Under the pieces are notes generated by a model. That model was not told where the DNA came from and searched no databases. It saw only the letters and a list, made by a program, of their open reading frames with translations. Of a DNA stretch of 64,000 nt, positions 50,198 to 61,585 are shown piece by piece; positions within the stretch are counted from its first letter, which is position 1; each line of letters opens with the position of its first letter. Position numbers and translations under genes: made by a program. Source of the stretch: Squalus acanthias (lineage: Eukaryota); assembly GCA_030390025.1 (NCBI GenBank), contig CM059446.1:41850001-41914000 (forward strand), read 5' to 3'.

Positions 50198-52921
50198 AAG
50201 TCGATGCGTAGAGGTCCTCTTTAACCGCGGTGCACAGGCCGAGGAGGACCCACGGAAGTCGGTCGGTCCAGGCGCCGTCTTGGAAGCTGGCTCGAAGAGA
50301 TGCCTTCAAGGATCTGTTGAACCGCTCACACAGTCCGTTGGCTTGGGGGTGGTACGCTGTGGTGCGGTGAATGGTCACCCCGAGATTGCGTGCGACGGCG
50401 GTCCAGAGTTCAGAGGTAAATTGCGGACCTCTGTCCGACGTCATGTCGGAGGGGACGCCGAACCGTGCGACCCAGGTGCTGACGAAGGCTCTGGCGATGT
50501 CGGCGGTGGTGGTAGAGGTCAGTGGAATTGCCTCAGGCCAGCGTGTGGTGCAGTCAACGATGGTCAGCAACTGCGTGTGGCCTTGCGACGGCGGCAGGGG
50601 CCCGACGATGTCCACGTGGATGTGGTCGAATCTCCGCGAGAGGACGGTAAACTCCTCGAGGGGTGCTTTCGTGTGTTGCTGTACCTTGGCCCGTTGGCAG
50701 GCTAGGCAGGAGTTGGCCCAAATACGCACATCCTTGCGAAGGCCGCGCCAGACAAAGCGGTTGGCTACCAATTTGATGGATGCGCGGGCGCCGGGGTGGG
50801 AGAGGTTGTGGAGAATGTCGAATACCCGGCGGCGCCAGGACGCTGGGACGACGGGCCGAGGTTCACATAGGGATATGTCGCACTTGACTGTGACTGCGGT
50901 CGGGCCACAGGCGACGTCGGCCAGGCGTAGCCCTGGTAGGTTGGTGGGTGCAGAGAGCAGATCAGGGTCGGTGATCTGGTCTGCTGCGAGTTGAGCGTAG
51001 TCGACTGCTAGGTGTGCGGCGTGGATGGCGGGGCGGGAGAGGCAGTCGGCTACCACATTGTCTCGGCCGGAGACGTGTTGGATGTCCGTGGTGAACTCGG
51101 ACACTGCCGCAAGCTGGCGCTGCTGCCTGGCGGACCAGGGGTCGATTGTCTTTGCCATTTCGAATGTCAGGGGCTTGTGGTCGACAAACGCAGTGAAGGG
51201 GTGGCCCTCAAGCAAAAACCGGAAATGGCGGACTGCCAGGAACAGCGCGAGGAGCTCGCGGTCGAAGGTGCTGTACTTGACCTCCGGGGGGCGTAGTTGG
51301 CGGCTGAAGAAGGCAAGTGGTTGCCAGGCGCCGTCGACCCACTGCTCATACACGGCGCCGACCGCGTGGTCGGAGGCATCCGTGGTGAGCGCTACCCTGG
51401 CATTGGGCCGTGGGTGCGCGAGCAGGGTGGCGTTGGCGAGCGCGGTCTTGGTGGAATCGAAGGCGGCGGACGCGTCTGCCGTCCATTCGATCGCCATCTT
51501 GCCGCTCCTGCCCCGGAGGGCTTCATACAGGGGCCTCATGAGGGACGCCGCTTTTAGGATGAAGCGGTTATAGAAATTCACCATCCCGAGGAACTCCTGG
51601 AGGCCTTTGATGGTGGTGGGGCGGGGAAATTGTTGGACGGCCTGCACCTTGGTGGGCAGGGGAATGGCCCCAGCATGGGTGATGTGGTGGCCGAGGAAGT
51701 CGATCTTGTCCAGGCCGAACTGGCATTTAGCTGGGCTGAGGATGAGCCCGTGGTCGCTGAGGCGCCCGAACAGGATGCGAAGGTGTTCGAGGTGTTCCTG
51801 CTTGGAGGAACTGGCTATCAGGATGTCATCCAGGTAGACGAACAGGCACTGTGACGCCATGTCGGCGGGTTGATGGGGGGCCATGGCGCCCAGGATGGGG
51901 GAAATGGTGTTCATGTCCACGAGGCGGTGACGAGGGATGTCTACCAGTAAGCCGTGGGCACACAGGAAATCTGCGCCGATGAGGGGGGAGAGCACCTTGG
52001 CAGTGATGAACTCCCATCGGTAGCGGTGACCAGTGAGGTCGAGGGTGACTGTCCGGGTGCCATACGTCCGGATTTCCGAGCCGTTAGCAGCAGCCAGCGC
52101 CGGTCCTCGTTCGCCCTTTTGGATGTCGAGGGCGGAGGCCGGGATGATGCTGTGCTGAGCTCCAGTGTCGCACAGAAACCGGCGGCCGGTTTTGTCATCC
52201 GTGACGAACAGCAGGGAGCCCGCGTGGCCCACGGCCATCGCGGGGGCTGGAACGGGGGCGGACTTGAAAGAGCAGGGAGGTGTGCACCATTGTGCCCTGG
52301 CGCCGAACCGTGCGTGGTAGTAACAGTGGCCCGGGTTAGTAGGGCGTGAAGGCCCCGTGGGCCTGGTGACAGGCCCTTGTGGCCGTGTGCTGGATGGTGA
52401 GGGGTGCGCCCAGGCATTGGCTGCCAGGTCCGGAGTGACGTCGCGGCTGGAGTGAGCGGACAGCAGCTTGTCGGCCTCATCGGCCAGGGCTTCCAGGTTC
52501 GTGAGGCCGGACGCCACGATCGCTGGGCGGATGCTGAGAGGGAGCTGGCGGATGAACAGCGTGCGGAAGAGGGATCCGGGTGGGCTCTCGTCGGTGAGGA
52601 GAGGAGGTCTGACGGTGAGGCATCACCGAGGCCTGGAAGGTCGAGGAGGTGGCAGTTTCGCTGATATGCCGAGGCCGTAAATTTTTTAAGGAGCGCTGTT
52701 CTGAGATGTGCGTACTTGCCTTCCTCTGGTGGGTTCTGCAGCGTTGTCCAAACCTTGGAAACTGCGGCACTACTGAGTGATGTGACGAGATAGTCGTACT
52801 TCGTCCCATCTGTGGTGATATTTCGCAGCCGGAAGCGAGATTCAGCTTGGAGAAACCAGGCTTCGGGCTGGTTTTCCCAAAACTCCAGCAGTTTCACGGA
52901 AACTGCGTTCGTGTCCGCCAT
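50198..52921 (-). pseudogene. gag-pol of the gypsy element (frameshift near 52600; most of RT deleted near 51860)
   Basis: The gag N-terminus is in ORF 51941..52921; the rest is in ORF 50154..52517. The protease region runs almost directly into YLDD. Confidence 0.88.
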
Positions 52922-52946
52922 TGCAGTGCTCGGAATACGTTCTGAG

Positions 52947-52960
52947 CGTCGGGGTCACCA
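52947..52960 (-). promoter_or_regulatory. Primer-binding site complementary to tRNA-Trp 3' end
   Basis: Minus strand TGGTGACCCCGACG, 1 nt after an LTR-like ...CAACA end. Confidence 0.85.
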
Positions 52961-52961
52961 A

Positions 52962-53235
52962 TGTTGAGGCTGCCGCGAAACACGAATGGAGGCTGAATCC
53001 ATATGTGGAAAACAAGAAACTTTTATTCACTGCATGCTATTACAAAATGGCTGCGAGAGCTGCTCCCAGAATTCTCTGGCAAAACTCCCAGAATTCTCTG
53101 GGTAAAAACTGAGGCCCCGCCCCCTTCTGCCTTAAAGGTAATGTGCCTTAAAGGGGAGGGGCTGGAAATTTGTCCACGGACGGAAAAGTGGATTATGCCC
53201 GTTTTAGGTGGCGATCCGCCACACTACCATCTACA
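52962..53235 (-). repeat. Putative 5' LTR of the gypsy element
   Basis: Ends in CA next to the PBS, with AATAAA (minus, ~53022-53027) and a candidate TGT start near 53235. The outer boundary is uncertain because there is no second LTR. Confidence 0.6.
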
Positions 53236-53324
53236 CTGGTGACACGACCTTTATCCACAGTAGCCATGCTTGTGGCCTCTCTGCAAGTTGAATAATGTAG
53301 ATTGTAATGGAATATAGATTGATA

Positions 53325-53552
53325 TTTTATGCAACGAGCGGTTAGGATTTGGAATGCACTGCCTGATAGGATGGTGGATACAGAGTCAATAGTAGCCTTC
53401 AAATGGGAATTGGATAAATACTTGAAGGAGAAAAAGTTGCAGGGATATGGGGAAAGAGCGGGGGAGTGGGACTAACTGGATTGCTCTTCGAAAGAGCCGG
53501 CGCAGACTCGATGGGCCGAGTGGCCTCCCTCTGTTCTATGGCTCTGTTCTAT
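53325..53552 (+). mobile_element. CR1 3' end
   Basis: Matches the 62660-62890 copy; tail gggccgagtggcctcc..ttctatg. Confidence 0.78.
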
Positions 53553-54889
53553 GAGACTGAATCTGATTTGAAGAAATACAGTTCAAACCCGAGAGCAATA
53601 GTTTCCTTACAGATGACGCTGGGTTTTAAGTAACTGGATTGTGGGAAATCTGGGGCGATTTTAACCCGACTCGCTCAGCAGAAACCTGGCGGGTGGGCAG
53701 TTAAAATTGTCCTGGCTCTTACCTGTCCGAAAGCTGCCACGATCGCAACATCTGCAATTTTAACCTGCTCTCCTGAGCAGGCAGCAAGGACAGGCGCCCG
53801 GAGCCAACAGGGTCCTTCTTTACATGTGGCATGTTGCTGCCCAATTACATCATTGAGACCCGACTGTAATTTTAACTCAGGCCTGAGCGGGGAATCCACC
53901 CGGAGTTAAAATTGGGGCCTATTCCTACTCCTCCTATTACTGCATTCTCACACAGGCAGCTTTTCCTGCTAGAAATTCACTAACATCCCTTTTATTTTTG
54001 CTGTTTGAAACTTTCATTTATTTTATTTTTTCGGATCTCATTGCTGAGTAGTTAGACACATTTCCTTCCAGAGGTTATGCTGGGATTTGAGCTGCCAAGA
54101 ACAAGGTGTACGTCTGTCTAAACTCACAGGTAGAACGGAGTGAGAGCGGCCTGAGTTTTTCTCCTGTCTGTGCACACCGCCGTGGGCAACTAACTGAAAA
54201 TTATGAAGCTCGCAGCGCTTTTGACAGACAGATTAGAAAGTCAGCCTCCCTTGGAACTTGAATCTATAAACCGCAGTGGCGAAGTCAGGTAAAATCATTT
54301 AAAAATCAACTCAAGTGAGCTTAAACACAACACAAATACCAATGCAAATACAATCCTGTCAGAATGAGCACTGCGCTCGATCAGTCACTGGGATCCACTC
54401 ACGGTCTTGCTGTTAAAGAAATTGCATCAAACCTTTCTCTAAAGGTCAGCGTGTGGTAGCAGCTGTTGAATGGAGTTGTTGAGTAGCCTTGGCTTCAGAG
54501 CTCGGTTAAGATGGATATAAATGAAGCAAAATTGGCACTGCTCTTGAAAATCACAGTGAAAGATAGACTCTCGGCATTCTCAGTCAGAGATTGCAAGCAC
54601 TCACATTCTCCCACTTGTGCAGGCTGACATCCTTATATAATGAGAACGGCCCCTATCCTCTGAAAACAGGATGTGTACGTCATGCCAAAAAACAGAATCT
54701 TAATGGTTTGATTGCTTACTATGAATATATATAGTGGTTCCAATTAGATCACTGGCCAGTGAGTACACACGGTTCATTCTGTAAAGGCGTTCTATGCTGT
54801 CCGAGTGCAGCACCAGCCGCTGTTCCTATTTGCAGTGGGGATGGCAGAAATTCGGTGAACTTGGTTTTTGTGCTGAAGTGCAGCGGTAA

Positions 54890-55530
54890 TGAACGTAGGA
54901 ACAGGAGCCGGCCATTCAGCCCCTCGAGCCTGTTCCGCCATCCAATTAGATCACGGATAATCTGTACCTCAACTCCATTTACCCACCTTTGCTCCATATC
55001 CTTCCCGAACAAAAATCGATCGATCTCAGTCTTGAAAATGTCAATTGGCCTCCAGCATCCAGTGTTTTGGGGCAGAGAGGTACAAGGCAAAGACGGGGAT
55101 GGAGTGAATGGAAACAGGACTGGAGCCAGTTGTTAAATTCCCAAATATTTATAGAATCATCGAATAGTACAGCACAGAAGGAGGCCCTTCAGCCTATCGA
55201 GTCTGCGCCAGCTCTTTCAAAGAGCAATCCAGTTAGTCCCACTCCTTTCCCCATATCCTGCAATTTTTTCTCCTTCAAGTATTTATCCAATTCCCTTTTG
55301 AAGGCTGCTATTGAATCTGTATCCATCACCCTATCAGGCAGTGCATTCCAAATCCTAACCACTCATTGCATAAAAAAGTTTTCCCTCTAGTTCTTTTGTC
55401 AATCACCTTAGATCTGTGCAGTCTGGTTATCGACTCTTCAGCCATTGGAAACAGTTTCTCTTTATTTACTCTTTCTAAACCCTTCATGATTTTAAACACC
55501 TCTATCGATTCTTCTCTTAGCCTTCCCTGT
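54890..55530 (-). mobile_element. Two CR1 3' fragments
   Basis: Tails at ~54890 and ~55150. Confidence 0.75.
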
Positions 55531-56267
55531 TGCCCCATTCTGGTATCGACTGTGAGAGCTTTTCAAGTGGGACCAATATGATTTTATTGAAAAGATCCTC
55601 CCTTTTCTGGGCTGTTCCAGGATTTGGCATTTTGTGTAGTTTATTTTAAGAATTTGATTTAAAGCTTTTGTCTTCATAGTAACTACCTAATTTACTTGGG
55701 AACTAACTCCCAGGGCGATTAATGATGTAAATGGAACTGACTCACTCACATCTTCAAGCTCTGATTTACGCGCGACTTTGGCAAATGACAGTGAATGGGG
55801 AGGGGAGGGGCACAGCCAGGGGGCGTTGAACCAGCACAATAAAACACAGCTAACAGTGAATGGATGGTGGAAATTGCAGAAAAATGCAAATGTGGGTGAT
55901 TAGAGCTTTCCCTGTGCCTGGAGTTTACGGCCTCTTGTTCTGCTGGCAAGGTTCATTTAACTTTATTATCAGTCAGTTTTATTGTAGTGTTTAAGGGGCT
56001 TGAAATATCAACGTGAATAATTTACTGGAATGAACTGTGTCGTGATGCATGAGGAGTTGAGGCTTCTGTGTGGCGCCTACATGGGGGGGTGGATTTAATG
56101 TTACAAAAACCACCATTTTATCTTAATTATCTCAGTCTATTCATTTAGATTTTTGAAATCCGCGAAGAAGCCACCGAAATAAAAACAAATGGTAACTATT
56201 ACTGATAGCATTAATAACAAAAAGATGTTCTCTCACTTTTATTTCTGAATTCTCTTTTTACTTAAAT

Positions 56268-56286
56268 GTCACCACCTAGTGGCAGA
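56268..56286 (-). promoter_or_regulatory. Candidate CTCF site
   Basis: Minus strand TCTGCCACTAGGTGGTGAC fits the CCACYAGRKGGY core; lies in non-repetitive sequence. Motif match only. Confidence 0.35.
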
Positions 56287-56980
56287 ACTCAGGAGCTACA
56301 CCCACGGGCAAGCACTGGGGTGGAAGGACTGCTATTTTGGTGTGCGGCGGAAGTTCTTGAGTAAAGTGGCTTATGGAATTGGTTTCCGGCACATAATGAT
56401 TGCAAGAAATAAATTGTGTCTAAATAGGACGGGCAGCATTACTCCATTGTAAATGTTCAGCTTGGTGTACTCTTCTGATTTTGGTGATTAAACAAATAGA
56501 CTGTAACTTAATAAAACATGAAATAAAACTTAACAAATTAAATTAAAATTTGATTGGCCGGCGTGATGATGCACTCCAGTCCCCGCGACGCCTTAAGCTT
56601 GGTGTAGCCCGGCTGCAGTCACAGCGCTTCATTGCCGAAAGAGCTCTAAATGATTCATGGCACGGGGATGTGGTAAACGCTACAGCCTGCTTCTATTGCA
56701 CATCAAACAGCTATAATGGAACACTTCAGCACTAACAGTGTCGGTGTCCATCTCTATTCTAGGGCTGAATTAGAGCATTCCATGTATATTTCCTGAACAA
56801 TGGATCTCACCCGACAGGCCCTGTGAGATTCCTTGGTGCCCCATATTGCTGTACCAACACAATTGTGATTGTGACAGATTCCAGCCAGAAATGCCTCAAC
56901 ACCTTGTTCTCAATGACTAAATAGACTAAAATGAGAAGTCGCACAACACCAGGTTATAGTCCAACAGATTTATTTAAAAT

Positions 56981-57016
56981 TACAAGCTTTCGGAGCTGTC
57001 GCTCCTTCTTCAGGTA
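56981..57016 (-). ncRNA. Minimal hammerhead ribozyme motif (family A variant, inverted arm)
   Basis: Reverse complement of 57526-57561. Confidence 0.82.
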
Positions 57017-57525
57017 GGGTAGCTGTGAGAGAATCTCCCAGAATTCACAATATAAACACAGGAAAAATGTATTCAAATCTTTCCCTACATCAAAGACACA
57101 CTAAGAGCACAGCCAAGACAATGAGATGTGTCCCAGGGGGTCCAACGTGTCAAAACACCTGCTGGCTGCATATCCTCTCCATTTGTGTTTGGTTCTTGTG
57201 TTAGTTTTTTTTTAAAAACCTGGAAGGACCGGCCATGATGTCAAGTCACGTTCTGTATCGTGACATGAACCCGATATCGCGATTGAGGCCATCCTCATGA
57301 GTGCGGAACTTGGCTATCAGTTTCTGCTCTATGATTTTGCGCTGTCGTGTATCCCGAAGGCCGCCTTGGAGAACGCTTACCCGCAGATCCGAGGCTGAAT
57401 GCCCCTGACTGCTGAAGTGTTCCCCGATTCTCTCACAGCTGTGTGTCTTTGATGTAGGGAAAGATTTGAATACATTTTTTCTGTGTTTATATTGTGAATT
57501 CTGGGAGATTCTCTCACAGCTACCC

Positions 57526-57561
57526 TACCTGAAGAAGGAGCGACAGCTCCGAAAGCTTGTA
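57526..57561 (+). ncRNA. Minimal hammerhead ribozyme motif (family A variant)
   Basis: UAC-CUGAAGA-A-GGAGC(GACA)GCUCC-GAAA-GCUU-GUA. Confidence 0.83.
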
Positions 57562-57902
57562 ATTTTAAATCAATCTGTTGGACTATAACCTGGTGTTGTG
57601 CGACTTCTCATTTTTGTCCACCCCAGTCCAACGCCGGCATCTCCACATCATAAATAGACTAAAGCAGTAATACTGAAGGATAAGTTGAAATGGGTAATGA
57701 AACGAGCCCCATAAGAACATTTTCATGCCATATTTGCTAAATGGTGATGAGAATGAAACTCTCATCTAATGAAACACCCTGTACATCTCTCTGTTTCCTT
57801 TTAATTTGTGAAACAGGGAACAGGAAAATAATGTTGATTGTTTGGGAGGAAGGGAACCAGTGGTGCCAGTCCAGAAGTTGGCACACCAGTCACTTCCTTG
57901 GA

Positions 57903-58525
57903 AGCTCATCCGCTGCTGAAACCCTCATCCATACCATTGTTACCTCTAGACTTGACTGTTCCAACGCACTCCTGGCTGGCCTCCCACATTCCACTCTACG
58001 TAAACTTGAGGTCATCCAAAACTCGGCTGCCCGTGTCCTAACTCGCACCAAGTCCCGTTCGCCCATCACCCCTGTGCTCGCTGACCTACATTGGCTCCCG
58101 GTTAAGCAACACCTCGATTTCAAATTTCTCATCCTTGTTTTCAAATCCCTCCATGGCCTCACCCCTCCCTATCTCTGTAATCTCCTTCAGCCCCACAACC
58201 CTCCGAGATATCTGCTCTCCTCTAATTCTGCCCTCTTGAGCATCCCTGATTATAATCGCTCAACCTTTGGTGGCCGTGCCTTCTGTTGCCTGGGCCCTCA
58301 GCTCTGGAATTCCCTGCCTAAACCTCTCCGCCTCTCTACTTCTCTTTCCTCCTTTAAGACGCTCCTTAAAACCTACCTCATTGACCAAGCTTTTGGTCAC
58401 CTGCCCTAATTTCTCCTTGTGTGGCTCGGTGTCAAATTTCTTGTCTTATAACACACCTGTGCAGCGCCTTGGGACGTTTTACTACGTTAAAGGCGCTATA
58501 TAAATACAAGTTGTTGTTGTTATTG
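57903..58525 (+). mobile_element. L2 LINE 3' fragment
   Basis: AETLIH.IVTSRLD..NALLAGLP..IQNSAAR..ITPVLADLHWLPV..GGRAF..LWNSLP; tail aaaggcgctatataaatacaag(ttg)n. Confidence 0.9.
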
Positions 58526-59236
58526 TTGGAAAGGGGGCGCAGAAGTGAAGATGTTGTGGTTGTTCCTGCTGCACTTGGCCACATTGTCACAGGTTTGCTG
58601 AGGAGTTGTAGATATTGACTGCCCACGAATGCATAATCCACAGTGATTACTTAGTTATGGAAGACACACATTTATTAAAATAGTCTGGATGTTTTAAAAA
58701 TCTTAGCCAAAATAGATAAATGCTCGATTTCTTCCAATACAAACAGCAAAACGTTCTTTTAAATGTTGAGTATGAATACAGTGATTTCAGGCAGAACAAC
58801 TTCCTGCATCAAATCTCTCGAATTCCTCGATTTACTGGATGCAGCACAATCTGAAATCTCAGTAGTGCAACTTTGCATAAAAAAAGTCCCGGTAGGCAAT
58901 GAGAAATGCCAGCACCTGAGCAGCAACAAATCGTTTCCCTAACCCTGCACTACAACACTCTTATAAACCTGCCCGCGGTGTAATCTGTGCAGTTAATTCC
59001 GAACTGCAGCTACCTCACTGATAAGAAGGGAAGTCCACTTTCGCATTAACAAACACACTGAATAAAATCAAACTGGAATTCTGGACGTAATCAGGTGAAG
59101 AGGATAAATTGACTTTTGCAAATAAAGCAATCCGTGGGCCCTGCAATAGTTGACACTTTAATTAAATCCTTTCAAACTTCTTGTCAAAATTGTGCAGACG
59201 CCTGCAAACCACATTCGTGAAGTGGGAGCTGTATAA

Positions 59237-59697
59237 AAAGAAAGGACTTGCATTTATATAGCGCCTTTCACGACCACCGGTCGTCTCAAAGCACTTTCCA
59301 GCCAATGAAGTACTTTTGGAGTGTAGTCACTGTTGTAATGTGGGAAGCGCGGCAGCCAATTTGCACACAGCAAGCTCCCACAAACAGCAATGTGATAATG
59401 ACCAGATAATCTGTTTTTTTGTTATGTTGCTTGAGGGATAAATATTGGCCAGGACACCTGGGAGAACTCCCCCTGCTCTTCTTCGAAATAGTGCCGTGGG
59501 ATCTTTTACATCCACCTGAGAGAGCAGACGGGGCCTCGGTTTAACGTCTCATCCGAAAGACGGCACCTCCAATAGTGCAGCGCTCCCTCAGCACTGCACG
59601 GGAGTGTCAGCCTAGATTTATGTGTTCCAGTCCCTGGAGTGGGACTTGAACCTTCTGTTTCAGAGGCAATTGTGCTACCCACTAAGCCACAGCTGAC
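59237..59697 (-). mobile_element. DeuSINE (SacSINE1-like), near full length
   Basis: tRNA-like head, Deu domain (ggtgccgtctttcggatgagacgttaaaccgagg..aaagatccc) and L2-type tail (aaaggcgctatataaatgcaag). Confidence 0.85.
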
Positions 59698-60584
59698 AGG
59701 CTTTCCTGTTCTGTTACTCTGCCTTTTGTAAACTTACTGTAGTTATTTTAACTTGCCGTTGTAGAATTTATTGTGCTCGGAAAATGTAATAAGCTCCACT
59801 GCTTAAAAACAACATTTTACGGCTTAATGTATTATTTACATTGTTTAGACTAGAAAGCTGGCCGCATCTGTACAAAGCCATCTGCACAGTGTACTCGGAA
59901 TCAATTCTGCCATAAACATCAGTACTGTGCCAGGAGGATATTTACATCACATTAGTTTTGTGTTATAATAACATTTACCATAGATTTTAATTCAACACTT
60001 TCCATTTTCCCAGTGATTTCCACTTGACGCTATTTTTCTGCTCTAACTGATGTTTTGGGGGAAAAAAACTAAAGTAAATGTTTGGCTAGTGTTGCTCTAT
60101 TAAACTTGGCTGAGTGGTTATGGTTCGAAGAATTTCATCACCTTTTAATGTTCTTCAGATTTGCTAATTACCAACACAGACCATTTTTTCCGGAATGAAA
60201 ATGAAACAGCCCAGTGGGCATGTCTCAGTAATGATGCAGTTGGGACTGCACCGAGCACTATACACCATAAGCATGGCAGCACCCAGTTATACAGCCCAAT
60301 CTCAAATCAGGGAGAATCAGAACTGCCCCGCCCTGTCAGATTTTTTAAATCTTTAGACAAGACGTCACTAGGCTGATTTTTATATTTTAATTTGCCTCCT
60401 GGAGGAGATCTCCCAGCTGACACCAAGTGACAAACTAACATTGGGTCAGCCGCAGTTATTCTTTACAATTGGCATCACTGTGACGTCAAAACTGCTTTGC
60501 AACAAGGTAGAATGTGCACTGGATGCAACCTCTGTGGCAAATGAAGGAATTCATGAGCTGAGACCAGATCATACAATTTAATTT

Positions 60585-61400
60585 TTTTATTATTCGTTTA
60601 TGGGATGTGGGCGTCACTGACAAGGCCAGCATTTATTGCCCATCCCTAATTGCCCTTGAGAAGGTGGTGGTGTGCCACCTTCTTGAACCGTTGCAGTCCA
60701 TGTGGTGATGGTATTCCCACAGTGCTGTTAGGCAGAGAGTTCCAGGATTTTGACCCAGCGACGATGAAGGAACGGCGATATACTTCTAAGTCAGGATGGT
60801 GTGTGATTTGGAGGGGAACTTGGAGGTGGTGGTATTCCCATGCCCCTGCTGCCCTTGTCCTTCTAGGTGGAAGAGGTCGCGGGTTTGGGAGGTGCTACCG
60901 AAGAAGCCTTGGCGAGTTGCTGCAGTGCATCTTGCAGATGGTACACACTGCAGCCACGGTACGGTGGAGGGAGTGAATGTTTAAGGTGGCGGATGAGGTG
61001 CCAATCAAGCAGGCTGCTTTGTCCTGGATGGTGTCGAGCTTCTTGAGTGTTGTTGGAGCTGCACTCATCCAGGCAAGTGGAGAGTATTCCATCACACTCC
61101 TTACTTGTGCCTTGTCGATGGTGGAAAGGCTTTGGGGAATCAGGAGGTGAGAAACTCGCCGCAGAATACCCAGCATCTGACCTGCTCTTGTTGCCACAGT
61201 ATTTATGTGGCTGGTCCAGTTAAGTTTCTGGTCAATGGTGACCCCCAGGATGTTGATAGTGGGGGATTCGGCGATGGTAATGCCATTGAATGTCAAGGGG
61301 AGGTGGTTAGACTCTCGCTTGTTGGAGATAGTCATTGCCTGGCACTTGTGTGGCACAAATGTTACCTGCCACTTATCAGCCCAAGTCTGAACATCGTCCA
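60585..61400 (-). mobile_element. Non-LTR retrotransposon 3' fragment (CR1/L2-group, separate family)
   Basis: RT C-terminal translation ILGVTIDQKLNWTSHI..LGILRR..KAQVRSVMEY..AW; tail cacatccca..aataaaa. Confidence 0.85.
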
Positions 61401-61585
61401 GGGGAGGAGAGTTTTACTTACCAACAATTTAATTTATTACTCCTTTAACCTGAGTTGAAATCTAGCCCAGAACAATGAGTTGAAAATCTCCTCTCTCTCA
61501 CTACTTGCTGCAAAAGATTTAATCAAAAATACAAAAGGAAACAAATCAGTGCAACCAATTGAGTTGTTGCACTCCTACCTAAGTG

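Larger units (their letters stand above)
50198..53235 (-). mobile_element. Ty3/gypsy LTR retrotransposon, CsRN1 clade, internally deleted and 3'-truncated
   Basis: gag with CHCC knuckle (CYYHARFGARAQWCTPPC), protease LCDTGA, RT remnant VYLDD, RNase H (TDASD, YSTFDRELLA, DHKPL), integrase (H..SHPG..CLAC, HVDIVGP, SDRG, ANGLCERFNR). PBS and putative 5' LTR present. Confidence 0.92.
56931..57650 (+). mobile_element. Short fold-back PLE insertion (sister subfamily of the intact element)
   Basis: TSD taaatagactaaa at 56918-56930 and 57651-57663. Inverted pLTR plus GIY-YIG C-terminus (~57245-57426, minus: GEHFSSQGHSASDLRVSVLQ..GLNRD), then a direct pLTR ending ctccacatca. Confidence 0.92.

Noticed and set aside
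52580-52620. Programmed gag-pol frameshift
   Set aside because: The shift lies in mid-gag, upstream of the CHCC knuckle, with no clear slippery site. A small deletion explains it better.
50198-52921. Bacterial contamination suggested by high GC
   Set aside because: The sequence encodes eukaryotic LTR-retrotransposon domains with a PBS, embedded in host repeats.
53236-53250. Second PBS-like sequence (tggtgacacgac) on the plus strand
   Set aside because: Imperfect match with no retroelement body downstream; noted only because it makes the LTR boundary uncertain.
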